The notes: generated by a model not told the origin, from the letters alone. A DNA stretch of 64,000 nucleotides from Elusimicrobia bacterium CG1_02_56_21 (GCA_001871115.1 MNUR01000126.1:10057-74056); one strand, 5' to 3'; counted from the first letter of the stretch, positions 45,071-54,250 are shown. A program made the numbers and translations.

Positions 45071-46117
45071 ATGGGATTCTTATACCGGAAACTTATCCGC
45101 CAGATTTTATTCAACCTCAACCCTGAAGCGGTTCACGACGCTGTGATCAAGACGGCCCGCGCCGCCCAGCGGATCGAACTTTTAAATTCACTCGTGCGCC
45201 TTATGGCCCGCGCCAAAGATTTCCCTTTAACCGTAGCCGGGCTGAAGTTCCGTAACCCGATCGGGCTGGCCGCCGGTTTTGACAAGAATTGCGAGGCCGC
45301 GCGCTTCCTGGCCGGGTTCGGCTTCGGTTTTCTGGAGCTGGGCACCGTAACCCTGCGGCCGCAGCCGGGCAATCCCAAACCGCGCCTTTTCCGCCTGAGC
45401 GAAGACAGGGCTATTATCAACCGGATGGGTTTTAACAATGCCGGGGCTTTTGACGCCGCCAGGTCGCTGGAGAGCCTGCTCCCGCTGCCGGTGCCCGCAG
45501 GCATAAGCCTTGGCAAGAACGCCGACTGCTCCATAGACGAGGCGCCCAAAAATTACCTGGAGACCCTTAAGATAATGTATGACTACGGCGACTATTTCGC
45601 CGTCAATATCAGTTCTCCTAATACGCTTCAGCTGCGCTCGCTGCATAGCGGCGATAAGATGAGGCGCCTGGTGGAGCCAATGCTGGAGTTCGCGGCAGGG
45701 CAGAAGAAGGTTAAGCCTTTCTTTGTGAAGATCGCCCCGGACCTGGAAGACCAGGACCTGGAGTCGGCGGCGGCGCTGGCTGTAGAGCGGGGTTTCGGCC
45801 TGATAGCCACCAATACTACGGTGAGCCGCGCCGCGGTGCCCGCCTACTGGCAGTCCTACGAGGGCGGCCTCAGCGGCAGGCCGCTGCGCGAGCTTTCCGA
45901 CCTAATGCTGGCTAAGGCCGCCGCGCTCGTTAAAGGAAAGGTCCCACTTATAGGTTCCGGAGGTATTTTCGGCGGAGCCGCGGCGCTGGAGAAACTTAAT
46001 CTCGGCGCAGACCTTGTGCAGATCTATTCCGGCCTGGTCTATGAAGGCCCTTTCCTGGTAAAAGAGATCCTTGAGTATCTAGACCGTCGCCAGTGGCGTC
46101 CCCCCTGCGGTAAATAA
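45071..46117 (+). CDS. pyrD: dihydroorotate dehydrogenase, class 2 (quinone-type)
   Basis: N-terminal extension before GLAAGFDKN. GFGFLELGTVT, NRMGFNN and NISSPNT motifs. Confidence 0.9.
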   Translation: MGFLYRKLIRQILFNLNPEAVHDAVIKTARAAQRIELLNSLVRLMARAKDFPLTVAGLKFRNPIGLAAGFDKNCEAARFLAGFGFGFLELGTVTLRPQPGNPKPRLFRLSEDRAIINRMGFNNAGAFDAARSLESLLPLPVPAGISLGKNADCSIDEAPKNYLETLKIMYDYGDYFAVNISSPNTLQLRSLHSGDKMRRLVEPMLEFAAGQKKVKPFFVKIAPDLEDQDLESAAALAVERGFGLIATNTTVSRAAVPAYWQSYEGGLSGRPLRELSDLMLAKAAALVKGKVPLIGSGGIFGGAAALEKLNLGADLVQIYSGLVYEGPFLVKEILEYLDRRQWRPPCGK

Positions 46118-46153
46118 TATTTTTTATCCCTGAGCGAGTCTTTTTTGTCTGCA

Positions 46154-46196
46154 AGGCGGCGTTTTCCGGGACCCTTAATGAGGCCGCCTGATTTTA
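46154..46196 (+). terminator. possible terminator after pyrD
   Basis: AGGCGGC (46154-46160) pairs with GCCGCCT (46183-46189) around a 22-nt loop, followed by GATTTTAT. The loop is long, so confidence is low. Confidence 0.4.
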
Positions 46197-46283
46197 TATA
46201 ATTCTATCTAAGGGGGGCGTGCTCTGTTCTCCGGTCAGCCGCCGGGAAACTTTTGAACGCGGCTAAATTAAACAGCCTTATAA

Positions 46284-46967
46284 ATGCATATGACTAAAAC
46301 CGAACTTATTGTTGCGCTCGACACTCACACTATCAAAGCTGCTGAAAGCCTGATTGAAAAACTGGAAGGCAGGATAAAATATTTTAAGATAGGCTCTGTG
46401 CTCTTTACGGCCGCCGGCCCCGCCGCGGTGGACCTGGTGCACAAACACGGCGGTAAAGTTTTCCTCGACCTTAAGTTCCATGATATCCCCAATACCGTAA
46501 AGGGCGCCGTAAAACACGCCGCCGCCATGGGGGTCTATTCAGTCTCGCTTCACCTTTCCGGCGGGGGCGAAATGCTGAAAGCCTGTGCCGAGCTGGAAAA
46601 ACGCCCGAAGCTGTGGGGGATAACCATACTTACCAGCTTTAACGAATATAATCTTTTCAGGTCCGGGTTCCGCGGCGGGATAGACAAAACCGTCAAGCTC
46701 CTCGCCTCGCTCGGCCTGGCCAACGGGGCGGACGGGGTGGTCTGTTCCCCCCTTGAGGCCTGGCGTCTTAAAGAAATGTTCGGCGGCAAGCTTAAGCTGA
46801 TCACCCCCGGGATAAGGCCTGAAGCGCGGGGAGACGACCAGAAGCGCGCCGTGACCCCCGCCGCGGCCCGCGCCGCCGGTTCCGATTTTATCGTGGTGGG
46901 CAGGCCTATAATAGAGGCGGCGGACCCGGCCGCAGCCGCGGCCGCTATCCTGGAGGACCTTAAATGA
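46284..46967 (+). CDS. pyrF: orotidine-5'-phosphate decarboxylase
   Basis: LIVALD, LDLKFHDIPNT and VVGRPI motifs. Alternative start at 46290. Confidence 0.85.
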   Translation: MHMTKTELIVALDTHTIKAAESLIEKLEGRIKYFKIGSVLFTAAGPAAVDLVHKHGGKVFLDLKFHDIPNTVKGAVKHAAAMGVYSVSLHLSGGGEMLKACAELEKRPKLWGITILTSFNEYNLFRSGFRGGIDKTVKLLASLGLANGADGVVCSPLEAWRLKEMFGGKLKLITPGIRPEARGDDQKRAVTPAAARAAGSDFIVVGRPIIEAADPAAAAAAILEDLK

Positions 46968-47539
46968 TAGAAGAGGCCGAGCTTAAATCCTATCTTTCAA
47001 CTTCCGGCGCTTTTCTGGAAGGGCACTTCCGGCTTTCTTCCGGGCTGCATAGCCCTAATTACGTACAGTGCGCCCAGGCGCTTAAGAATCCGGTCTGGGC
47101 GGGAAAAATGGGAGCGGCCCTGGCCGCGGCCTGGAAAGGGCCAGGGCCGGACCTGATACTGTCCCCCGCTATGGGAGGTCTGATAATCGGGCACGAAGTA
47201 GCCAGGGCTTTCGGCGTGGATTTTATATTTACTGAAAGAGAGAACAGCGTTATGACTTTGCGCCGGGGGTTTTCGCTCCCGAAGGGCGCGCGCCTGCTGA
47301 TAGTGGAGGATGTTATTACCACCGGCAAATCAACCCTTGAGACCTCCGCTTCGGCCGCCGCCGCCGGCGCGGAAACCGTCGGGGCGCTGTCGGTTATAAA
47401 CCGCATGGGAGAAAAAACCCTGCCCTTCCCTTTTATAAGCCTGCTTAAGCTGGACCTGACCGCTTACCGGCCTGAAAATTGCCCGCTCTGCCGCGACGGG
47501 GTTCCTGTCCTTAAACCCGGGTCAAGGATATTCGCGTGA
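46964..47539 (+). CDS. pyrE: orotate phosphoribosyltransferase
   Basis: PRPP-binding motif LLIVEDVITTGKS. ATGA overlap with pyrF. Confidence 0.85.
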   Translation: MIEEAELKSYLSTSGAFLEGHFRLSSGLHSPNYVQCAQALKNPVWAGKMGAALAAAWKGPGPDLILSPAMGGLIIGHEVARAFGVDFIFTERENSVMTLRRGFSLPKGARLLIVEDVITTGKSTLETSASAAAAGAETVGALSVINRMGEKTLPFPFISLLKLDLTAYRPENCPLCRDGVPVLKPGSRIFA

Positions 47540-48342
47540 AAAAATTACTCGCCGTTTTGCTTCTGCTCTCCTGCGCGTCTTCGGCCGGGGCCGCTGAATT
47601 CAACGCTGAAACAAGGGAGTTTGCCTCCAGAAACAACGCCTTCAGGCTGAAGGTGGGTTATTCCGGAACTAACGGCGGCGGGCGCGCAAAGTTAGAACTG
47701 AGAGACTCGGAAGGGAAGAGGCTGTCCGTTTTTGAAGCCGGCAGCGCTCCTTTCTCGGTTACGGTTTCCGATAACGGGGAGCGGCTTTTTTTATTTTGCG
47801 GTTCCTGGGGCCAGACGGTACAGCTTTCCAGCCTGAACGTGTATAAGGGCTCGGGGGCTTTTTTGGCTTCCCACCGGCTTAATATGCTCGGCGCCGCAGG
47901 AGAGGCTTTCTCCGGAAACGGTTCAGTTTACGCGCTGGGCGCGGACCACGGCAGCAGCTGGACCATACTTGTTTTAAATACCGAAAGCGGTAAGACGCGG
48001 TGGAGCCGGAAATTCAGGGAGCGGCTGGTCGGATTAAAGCTTTCAGGCTCCGGGGAGCGCCTGCTTGCGGTCTTTACCCCGGCTGAGGGCAGGCACCGGG
48101 CGGCAATTTTCGACAAATCCGGAAAAGAGATCTGGACCAGGGCCGTAAATACCAAAAATGATCTTTCCCCGGCGGTTTTCAGCCAGGACGGAAATAAATT
48201 TGAACTTTGGGAAAAAGGCGCGGTTTACCGCGAAGAAGATGAGAACTGGCATGCCACCCTGCTGAAAAAGCATTTTTACCGGTTTACTCCCAAGGGAGTG
48301 CGGGAAACCGGCGTTAAAGAACTAAACGAAGAATTTAAGTGA
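47536..48342 (+). CDS. secreted protein (unknown function, beta-rich)
   Basis: GTG start overlapping the pyrE stop. Signal peptide MKKLLAVLLLLSCASSAGA. 268 aa. Confidence 0.55.
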   Translation: MKKLLAVLLLLSCASSAGAAEFNAETREFASRNNAFRLKVGYSGTNGGGRAKLELRDSEGKRLSVFEAGSAPFSVTVSDNGERLFLFCGSWGQTVQLSSLNVYKGSGAFLASHRLNMLGAAGEAFSGNGSVYALGADHGSSWTILVLNTESGKTRWSRKFRERLVGLKLSGSGERLLAVFTPAEGRHRAAIFDKSGKEIWTRAVNTKNDLSPAVFSQDGNKFELWEKGAVYREEDENWHATLLKKHFYRFTPKGVRETGVKELNEEFK

Positions 48343-48352
48343 TCACTCCCTC

Positions 48353-49036
48353 TCAGCCCCAGAACATCAGCTTATCAAAGAACAGCAGCGTGCCCGCGGC
48401 GGCCAAAATGACTCCCGCGGTTACTTCCACGTAACGCATCGCTTTCTTGAAGTGGGAGATAAAAGAGAAGAACTTAACGGTAAGCAAGGCGGCGGCCAGC
48501 AGAGGCAGCGCCATCCCCGCGGAATAAGCCAGGAGAAGCGCTACGCCTTTAGCCGCGGTGCCAGAAACGGCCGCCATCCCCAATATCACTGCAAGTATGG
48601 GCCCTATGCACGGCGACCAGCCCAGCGCGAACGCGAATCCCATGAGGAAAGAGCCCAGAGGGCTATGGGCCAGGCCGAGCGTTGAAAAATGCTTGTCGTA
48701 GTTCAGGAATTTGAAGTTGAAAAGCCCGGTCATGTGCGCCCCCAGCAGGACCATAACAATTCCCAAAACTTTCATTAACAAGTCTTTGTGCGTAAACAGC
48801 AGGCCGCCTATGCCGGAGGCCGCGGCGCCCATCAGGGCGAAAGCCAGGGAGAAGCCGGCTATAAAAATAAAAGCGTTTCCCACCACCTTGCCGGTTGCCA
48901 CCTTCGCGTCCCCTTTGACTATCTGGGAGGCTGAATAGCCTGAAAGCATGGAAAGGTAGGCGGGCAGCAGCGGGAGTATGCAGGGAGAAAAGAAAGACAT
49001 TAGCCCTGCCCCGAAAGCCGTTAAAAATTGTCCCAT
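48353..49036 (-). CDS. ccdA: cytochrome c biogenesis / thiol-disulfide electron transporter CcdA (DsbD family)
   Basis: FSPCILPLLPAYLS and WSPCIGPIL, the two conserved Cys motifs. 6 TM helices. Confidence 0.8.
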   Translation of the reverse strand: MGQFLTAFGAGLMSFFSPCILPLLPAYLSMLSGYSASQIVKGDAKVATGKVVGNAFIFIAGFSLAFALMGAAASGIGGLLFTHKDLLMKVLGIVMVLLGAHMTGLFNFKFLNYDKHFSTLGLAHSPLGSFLMGFAFALGWSPCIGPILAVILGMAAVSGTAAKGVALLLAYSAGMALPLLAAALLTVKFFSFISHFKKAMRYVEVTAGVILAAAGTLLFFDKLMFWG

Positions 49037-49037
49037 T

Positions 49038-49499
49038 TTAATTTCCCTTCTTCGCGGCCGGTGCTGTTTTCGCCGGAGCGGCCTTTAGTTCTATTTTAAA
49101 TATGTCCAGTCCCCCCCAACTCCCGTTCTTCAGACGGAACAGGACCGTGAACTTCCCGCCCTCGTCGTCGCGGAAGCGCGCGGCCACGGTCATTACGCCG
49201 TTCTTTTCAGCCCGGAACTCAGGCTCTATGGAGACAAACCGCAGCTTTAGTATTTTCCCGGCGCTTTTGTCTTCCAGCAAAAAGGCGCCTTTAAGCTGCA
49301 CGTCTTTGCTTATATAATCCGTCACGAAGGCCGCCAGGTCTTCTTCTTCTTCCTGTATCAAAGCGCCGCCGTCCTCTTCTTCCCCCGTTTTCGCCGCGGC
49401 TTCCGGCGCCGCGGCCTCCGTCAGGCCTTCATCCTCATAGGCGGCCCGGGCCGGGACAGAGAGGCAGAGTATTATTGCGGCCACCAGGGCAGGCTTCAT
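49038..49499 (-). CDS. secreted acidic protein (unknown function)
   Basis: ORF 49038..49562, trimmed to the ATG at 49499 (MKPALVAAIILCLSVPARA). This start forms an ATGA overlap with the kdsC stop. Confidence 0.5.
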   Translation of the reverse strand: MKPALVAAIILCLSVPARAAYEDEGLTEAAAPEAAAKTGEEEDGGALIQEEEEDLAAFVTDYISKDVQLKGAFLLEDKSAGKILKLRFVSIEPEFRAEKNGVMTVAARFRDDEGGKFTVLFRLKNGSWGGLDIFKIELKAAPAKTAPAAKKGN

Positions 49500-50110
49500 T
49501 CTTTTCTCCCGGACGAGGAAGCTCTTACTATTTTCACCGGGTCTTTCTTTATGGCGGGCCAATGGGCGGTTTCTACATACTTCATTATTGTGCCCCAGTG
49601 GCCCTGGCTTTTAAGAATAAAATCGCACGCTTCGCGCACCGCCCCCATCCCGCCCTCTTTTTTTGTTACAAAATGCGCGGCTTTTTTTACCTCGTCCTGG
49701 GCGTTCGCGGGGGCGCAGGCGAAGCCCGCTTTTTTAAGTACGGGGATATCCGTCCAGTCGTCTCCCATATAAGCCACATTTTCGGGCTTGAGCCCTGAGG
49801 CCGAGAGGATCTTGTTCAGGGGGTCTAGTTTTGAGAGGAAACCCTGGTAGGCGTAGCTCATTCCCAGGCCTTTGGCCCTTTCTTCGGTACCGGGGGATTC
49901 CCTGCCGGTAATTACGCCTGTGAGTATGCCGAACTGGTTCAGGAGCCTGAGGCCTATGCCGTCAAGGGAATGAAAGGCTTTTATCTCCGCCATCGCGCCG
50001 CCTTTGCCGGGGACATAGTACATCTTCCCGTCGGTGAGAACCCCGTCCACATCCATAAGGAAAAGTTTTATTTTCTGCGCGCGGCCCGCGTTCTTGCTGT
50101 TTGTTTTCAT
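49496..50110 (-). CDS. kdsC: KDO 8-phosphate phosphatase (HAD-IIIA)
   Basis: LFLMDVDGVLTDG and YMGDDWTDIPV motifs. The start at 50110 forms an ATGA overlap with the epimerase stop. Alternative ATG at 50125. Confidence 0.75.
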   Translation of the reverse strand: MKTNSKNAGRAQKIKLFLMDVDGVLTDGKMYYVPGKGGAMAEIKAFHSLDGIGLRLLNQFGILTGVITGRESPGTEERAKGLGMSYAYQGFLSKLDPLNKILSASGLKPENVAYMGDDWTDIPVLKKAGFACAPANAQDEVKKAAHFVTKKEGGMGAVREACDFILKSQGHWGTIMKYVETAHWPAIKKDPVKIVRASSSGRKE

Positions 50111-51099
50111 ATTTTCATTATCCATTTTTTCGCCAGTTCGTATTCGCTCTTTCTGGAGGCGTAGTTTTCGGGGGCGGGGCCGGTATAGCTGAACAGGTAC
50201 CAGTTTATGGTTTCTTCCAGCCAGGCTGTAGTCGGCGTAGAGGCCCAGTCCAGGTCTTTTTCCGCCTTGGCTATGTCCAGCACAAAGTCCCCCCCCATTG
50301 AAAATGGAGAAGCCTCGAAGTTGAACCCGTTCTCTTTCAGCCAGGTGTAATCAGGGTAAAGTATCTCCGCGTCTTTGTGCATTATCCTTGCCGAGACCTT
50401 TACGAAGTCGTCTAAAGTCAGGGTCCGGGAATCTCCCAGGTTGTATACTTTTCCGTACGGCTCTCCGGAATAAGCCAGCTTCTCTATTGCGCGCGCGAGA
50501 TCCTTTGAGAAGATATAGCGGTTGCTGAAAGAAAAACCAGGCAGAAAAAGCGGTCCTCCGCCGGCCAGCCGCAGCCAGTAGGAGTAGGCTCTCAGTGTCG
50601 GGTCGTTGGGCCCTATGACCACCGGGGGGCGGATTATGGCCGCGGGGAATTTCTTTTCCGCGAAAGCTTTCAGGTATTCCCGCTCTGCGAGGTATTTCCC
50701 CAGCCCGTAAGCGTATTTTTCCTTAAGTTCGGGCTTCAGCGCCAGCATTTCCGTCTGGTTCTCCCGGAAAGGGGAGGAGGAGCCTTCGAGCACGGAATAG
50801 ACCGAGGCGGAGGAGGTGAATATATAGAGCCCCACCCTGCCGCTGAATACCTTTATAGCTTTCTGCGCGTCCCCGGCATTAAAGCAAATATTGTCTATTA
50901 TGACGTCCCAGGGTTCTACCGCCATGCGGGCCAGGTCTATTTCTACCGACCTCTCCCCCCGGGCCTGCCTTATGTCCAGGGGCAATCCGTCTACAGGCAC
51001 GCGGCGGGAGAATACGGTTACCTCATTGCCGGATTTTTGCAGCCGGATAGCGGTTTCTTTGCCAAAATAACTTGTGCCGCCGAGTATTAGTATTCTCAT
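50107..51099 (-). CDS. NAD-dependent epimerase/dehydratase family protein
   Basis: N-terminal MRILILGGTSYFGK Rossmann motif. YxxxK candidate in YGLGKYLAE. Confidence 0.8.
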   Translation of the reverse strand: MRILILGGTSYFGKETAIRLQKSGNEVTVFSRRVPVDGLPLDIRQARGERSVEIDLARMAVEPWDVIIDNICFNAGDAQKAIKVFSGRVGLYIFTSSASVYSVLEGSSSPFRENQTEMLALKPELKEKYAYGLGKYLAEREYLKAFAEKKFPAAIIRPPVVIGPNDPTLRAYSYWLRLAGGGPLFLPGFSFSNRYIFSKDLARAIEKLAYSGEPYGKVYNLGDSRTLTLDDFVKVSARIMHKDAEILYPDYTWLKENGFNFEASPFSMGGDFVLDIAKAEKDLDWASTPTTAWLEETINWYLFSYTGPAPENYASRKSEYELAKKWIMKI

Positions 51100-51370
51100 G
51101 TCTTTTGTTGTGTGCCGGGTCTGAGTTATCCGCTATCCGCTATTTAGCCTGAGCTGCCTTAAACCGTCCTTATAGTATATAAATTAAATTAAAAATATTC
51201 TCCTTATAAAGGCGGGTTCTTCTGTATATCAGGGCAAAGGGTTATAACCGGTCTGGCTGCTTCTTTGTTTTGACTCTATCCGCTTGCAGAGTTGCCCGAA
51301 AGGGCGTACCTTGCCAATAGAGGCGATCGCATTAAAGAGTCCCGGTTCTTAGCTCTTTATTTTTTTTTGA

Positions 51371-51387
51371 GGTTAACATAAGTTAAC
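51371..51387. promoter_or_regulatory. 17-mer GGTTAACATAAGTTAAC, distal copy (candidate operator)
   Basis: Exact 17-mer containing two GTTAAC palindromes 4 nt apart. An identical copy lies 87 bp downstream. Confidence 0.4.
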
Positions 51388-51457
51388 CGATATGTGCCTT
51401 CGTGTTTTGCGCTCGGTTTTGTCCTGGTTTACTTTTAATTTTTATGATTGCATAAAT

Positions 51458-51474
51458 GGTTAACATAAGTTAAC
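51458..51474. promoter_or_regulatory. 17-mer GGTTAACATAAGTTAAC, proximal copy (candidate operator over the start site)
   Basis: Identical 17-mer ending 9 nt before the HTH gene ATG. It directly follows a TGCATAAAT -10-like string at 51449-51457. Confidence 0.4.
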
Positions 51475-51483
51475 ATAAAAGTT

Positions 51484-51771
51484 ATGGTCAGGGAATATTA
51501 TTCAATCCCGGAAGCGGCGGCAAGGCTGGGGTTGAGTCGAATAGCGGTTTTTAAGCGGGTTAAGAAGGGCCGGCTGCCCGCCATCCGTTTCGGGAGGAAC
51601 TGGGCTATTTCCGCGGCCGCTCTCGAGCGGGCTTCTTTGCCTATCGCTCCCGCCCGGATCCCCGCTCCCGAGAATAAATCTGCAAATTTAAATCCTCCAC
51701 CGGCTAAGCCTCAGCCGGCCGCTTCTCCCCCCTCTCCCGACTCTGACATGGATTCTATGGGTTGGGATTAG
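51484..51771 (+). CDS. excisionase/MerR-type helix-turn-helix DNA-binding protein with Pro-rich tail
   Basis: YYSIPEAAARLGLSRIAVFKRVKKGRLPAIRFGRNWAIS matches the excisionase-family HTH pattern. The C-terminal half is low-complexity and P/A-rich. Confidence 0.7.
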   Translation: MVREYYSIPEAAARLGLSRIAVFKRVKKGRLPAIRFGRNWAISAAALERASLPIAPARIPAPENKSANLNPPPAKPQPAASPPSPDSDMDSMGWD

Positions 51772-51843
51772 TCTTTGCCTGATAGTCCCTTTGCGGTTCC
51801 CGATGCGACCTCTCTTAACCTTAAGCCGGCCTGCCGCCCCGGC

Positions 51844-51867
51844 GGCGGCCGTCCGGCCGCCTGTTTT
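51844..51867 (+). terminator. rho-independent terminator after the HTH gene
   Basis: GGCGGCC (51844-51850) pairs with GGCCGCC (51855-51861) around a 4-nt loop, followed by TGTTTT. Confidence 0.6.
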
Positions 51868-52120
51868 AAAATAGGCGCGGCAGGCAGGATGCCGGAGTTT
51901 TTCGCGCGGGCTTTTTCCCGGCTGAAGTCCGGATCAAGTCCATCTTCTGCCAGCGGGGGAGTATTTTAGGTAAATTCAGGCTTCACGGGGAGCGGCAAGC
52001 TTTTTTTTGGCCGCGCTGTATTTTATCCGGTATATATGTATAATACCCTATATGGAAAATTCTTTCTTTGACGACCTTAAATCTGTTGTCGATGAATTCA
52101 AAAAACAAACCGGAGGTAAA

Positions 52121-52918
52121 ATGGATAAAGATTTTACGGGTAAACTTTTGCTGCCTATAGTAGTGGTCGCGGCTGTTTTGCTGGCTTTTTCTGCTTATTT
52201 CATAGTTCCCCCCGGCGAGGTCGCTATAAAGACCCGCCTGGGCAGTATTGTGAACTCTTACAGCGAGGGTCTTCATTTTAAAATGCCCTTTGTGGAAAGC
52301 GTTACCAAGTTCTCTATACAGATACAGCGCGCTAATATTAAAACCCAGGCTTTCTCCAAAGATCTTCAGACCATGAACGCGCATCTTGTGGTCAACCACC
52401 GGATACAGCAGGAGACCGCGGTCAGCATTTTCCGCAACCTCGGGCCTAATTATGTCGATAATATAGTCGACCCGGCCGTGCAGGAGGTCTTTAAGGCCAT
52501 TGCTGCCCGCTATACGGCCGAAAGGGTTATTTCAGAGCGTAATGAGCTGGTGCAGGAGCTGAATACGGAGGTTAAAGAGCGCCTTACAAAGAAAGAGATC
52601 ATAGTTACCGATATTTCGGTGGTTGATCTTGATTTTACCGATCAGTTTCTGAAGGCGGTTGAGGACAAGCAGGTGGCTGACCAGCAGGCCCAGATGGCAG
52701 GAAAGCTCGTAGAGAAAGCAAAGCGTGACGCGGAGCAGCAGATAGCCAAGTCCCGCGGAGAGGCCGAAGCGCTGCGGATGCAGCGCGAGCAGGTTACGCC
52801 CGCGCTTATTGAGCTGCGCAAGGTAGACGCCCAGGTTAAAGCGATAGAAAAATGGAACGGCGTACTGCCTGGTTATGTCGGTGCGGGGGTACCGTTTATT
52901 TCTATAGATAAAAAATAG
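52121..52918 (+). CDS. SPFH/band 7 (prohibitin-like) membrane protein
   Basis: The ATG at 52121 follows GGAGG. One TM helix, then FIVPPGEVAIKTRLG, and a C-terminal coiled coil (QQAQMAGKLVEKAKRDAEQQIAKSRGEAEAL). Longer alternative start at 52052. Confidence 0.8.
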   Translation: MDKDFTGKLLLPIVVVAAVLLAFSAYFIVPPGEVAIKTRLGSIVNSYSEGLHFKMPFVESVTKFSIQIQRANIKTQAFSKDLQTMNAHLVVNHRIQQETAVSIFRNLGPNYVDNIVDPAVQEVFKAIAARYTAERVISERNELVQELNTEVKERLTKKEIIVTDISVVDLDFTDQFLKAVEDKQVADQQAQMAGKLVEKAKRDAEQQIAKSRGEAEALRMQREQVTPALIELRKVDAQVKAIEKWNGVLPGYVGAGVPFISIDKK

Positions 52919-52980
52919 AGCCGAGACTCTCCGCTGACGGCAGCGGCTGACGCCCCGGGCCGGAGTTCGCGGCAATAAAA

Positions 52981-53007
52981 CCCTCTGCAACTGCGGGGGT
53001 TTTTTTG
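52981..53007 (+). terminator. rho-independent terminator after the SPFH gene
   Basis: Imperfect stem CCCTC(T)GC/GCGGGGG with a 4-nt loop, followed by T8. Confidence 0.55.
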
Positions 53008-53360
53008 CTGAAATTAATTATAAATCACGCGTCTGCGGCGAGATAGCGGGGGGGCGGGACTGCGGATAAATACCGGGACTTTTTGTGAAAAAACTTTTTA
53101 TCATCCTGCTTCCGGCTTTCGCGGCCGCTGCGTGTTTTGCGCACAGCGCTGCCGCTATTGGCTCCTGGGCTGCTGAATGTCCCGACGCTTGCGGTGGGGG
53201 GTTCCGGTACTTAGGGGAATATTTCACAGGAGAAAGCCCGGGCAACCGGGCCTTTTTCATTGTTTTCTTTTGCTCTCTATAAACTGGGTATTTTCTGTCT
53301 TGTGTACTTGTCTCCATTTTAAAGCAGCTACAGTGAATATTTCTGATTTTAAGCTTATGA

Positions 53361-53389
53361 TTGACAAAAAAATAAATTTGATATAAAAT
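53361..53389 (+). promoter_or_regulatory. candidate promoter of the DUF2089 / SHOCT-like operon
   Basis: TTGACA (53361-53366), 17 nt, then TAAAAT (53384-53389), within a very AT-rich gap about 50 nt upstream of the ATG. Confidence 0.4.
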
Positions 53390-53438
53390 TAATAAATGCT
53401 ATTTTAATATTGAAAATATAAAGGATAAAATTGATATA

Positions 53439-53807
53439 ATGAATATTCCTAATAAATGCCCCTCCTGCTCAGGGAAGGTTGTAGTGGCCCAGCTTTGCTG
53501 CACGGACTGCAAAACTACGGTAAATGGCAATTTTGATTTGCCCGTTTTTGCCCTGCTGGCCCCGGAAGACGAAGCGTTTCTGAAGGCTTTTCTTTCAGCC
53601 CGCGGCAATATTAAAGAAGTAGAGCGTCAGCTTAATCTTTCTTATCCAACCGTAAAAGGGCGCCTGGACGCTTTACTTAATAAATTGGGCCTGGGGAGCT
53701 TGCGGGCCGGGGCAAAAAAGCGAAGGGCAGAAATAGTGGAAATGCTGGAGAGGGGGGGAATAAGCGCCCGGGAAGCGATCGGTTTGCTGAAAGAACTTGA
53801 GGCGTAG
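53439..53807 (+). CDS. DUF2089-like protein (zinc ribbon plus HTH)
   Basis: CPSCSGK...CCTDCK zinc ribbon, FLKAFLSARGNIKEVERQLNLSYPTVKGRLDALL HTH, and a C-terminal EIVEMLERGGISAREAIGLLKEL motif. Confidence 0.7.
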   Translation: MNIPNKCPSCSGKVVVAQLCCTDCKTTVNGNFDLPVFALLAPEDEAFLKAFLSARGNIKEVERQLNLSYPTVKGRLDALLNKLGLGSLRAGAKKRRAEIVEMLERGGISAREAIGLLKELEA

Positions 53808-53815
53808 GAGGAAAT

Positions 53816-54184
53816 ATGAGCGAAGAAAAATTAAAAATACTTAAGATGCTCGAGGAGAAAAAGATTTCTTCTTCGGAGGCTATGGAATTGCTGGAAGCTT
53901 TGGGTAAGTCTGCTCCTTCGGCAGAAAGGGAAGGGAAGAGCCGGACCCTGCGGATCCGTGTATATGAGGGGGGAGGGGCGGAGCCCAAGGTTAATATAAA
54001 TGTGCCGCTGGGCTGGGCAAAATTTATGGCGCCTTTTATAGAGGGGAAAATTAAGGCCAAGCTGGCGGACAAAGGCTACTCTGTGGACCTGGGTAAAATA
54101 CAGGAGGCTATAGACAGCCAGGAGCCAATGAAGATAATTGATGTGCAGGATGGCGGGGACAAGGTTGAGATATTTATAGAATAG
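53816..54184 (+). CDS. SHOCT-like domain protein
   Basis: N-terminal KLKILKMLEEKKISSSEAMELLEAL repeats the motif at the C-terminus of the preceding protein. 122 aa. Confidence 0.6.
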   Translation: MSEEKLKILKMLEEKKISSSEAMELLEALGKSAPSAEREGKSRTLRIRVYEGGGAEPKVNINVPLGWAKFMAPFIEGKIKAKLADKGYSVDLGKIQEAIDSQEPMKIIDVQDGGDKVEIFIE

Positions 54185-54204
54185 CGGCTCCCGAGGAAAG
54201 GGTG

Positions 54205-54222
54205 TGTTTTCACGTGAAAACA
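54205..54222. promoter_or_regulatory. parS-like 18-bp palindrome, site 1
   Basis: TGTTTTCACGTGAAAACA is a perfect palindrome. A half-site TGAAAACA follows at 54231-54238. Confidence 0.65.
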
Positions 54223-54250
54223 TATAGCCCTGAAAACACCATGAAGCTGA

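Noticed and set aside
51775-51969. 64-aa ORF after the HTH gene (MPDSPFAVPDATSLNLKPACRPGGG...)
   Set aside because: It starts at TTG, spans the terminator hairpin at 51844-51867, has Gly/Pro/Ala-rich composition and has no RBS.
53018-53317. Overlapping small ORFs: 53018..53317 (-, 99 aa) and 53085..53282 (+, 65 aa). The plus-strand one has a signal-peptide-like start (MKKLFIILLPAFAAAACFA).
   Set aside because: The two mutually overlap, the plus ORF starts at GTG with no RBS, and neither has a recognisable family. The plus-strand ORF might be a real small exported peptide, but the evidence is too thin to annotate it.
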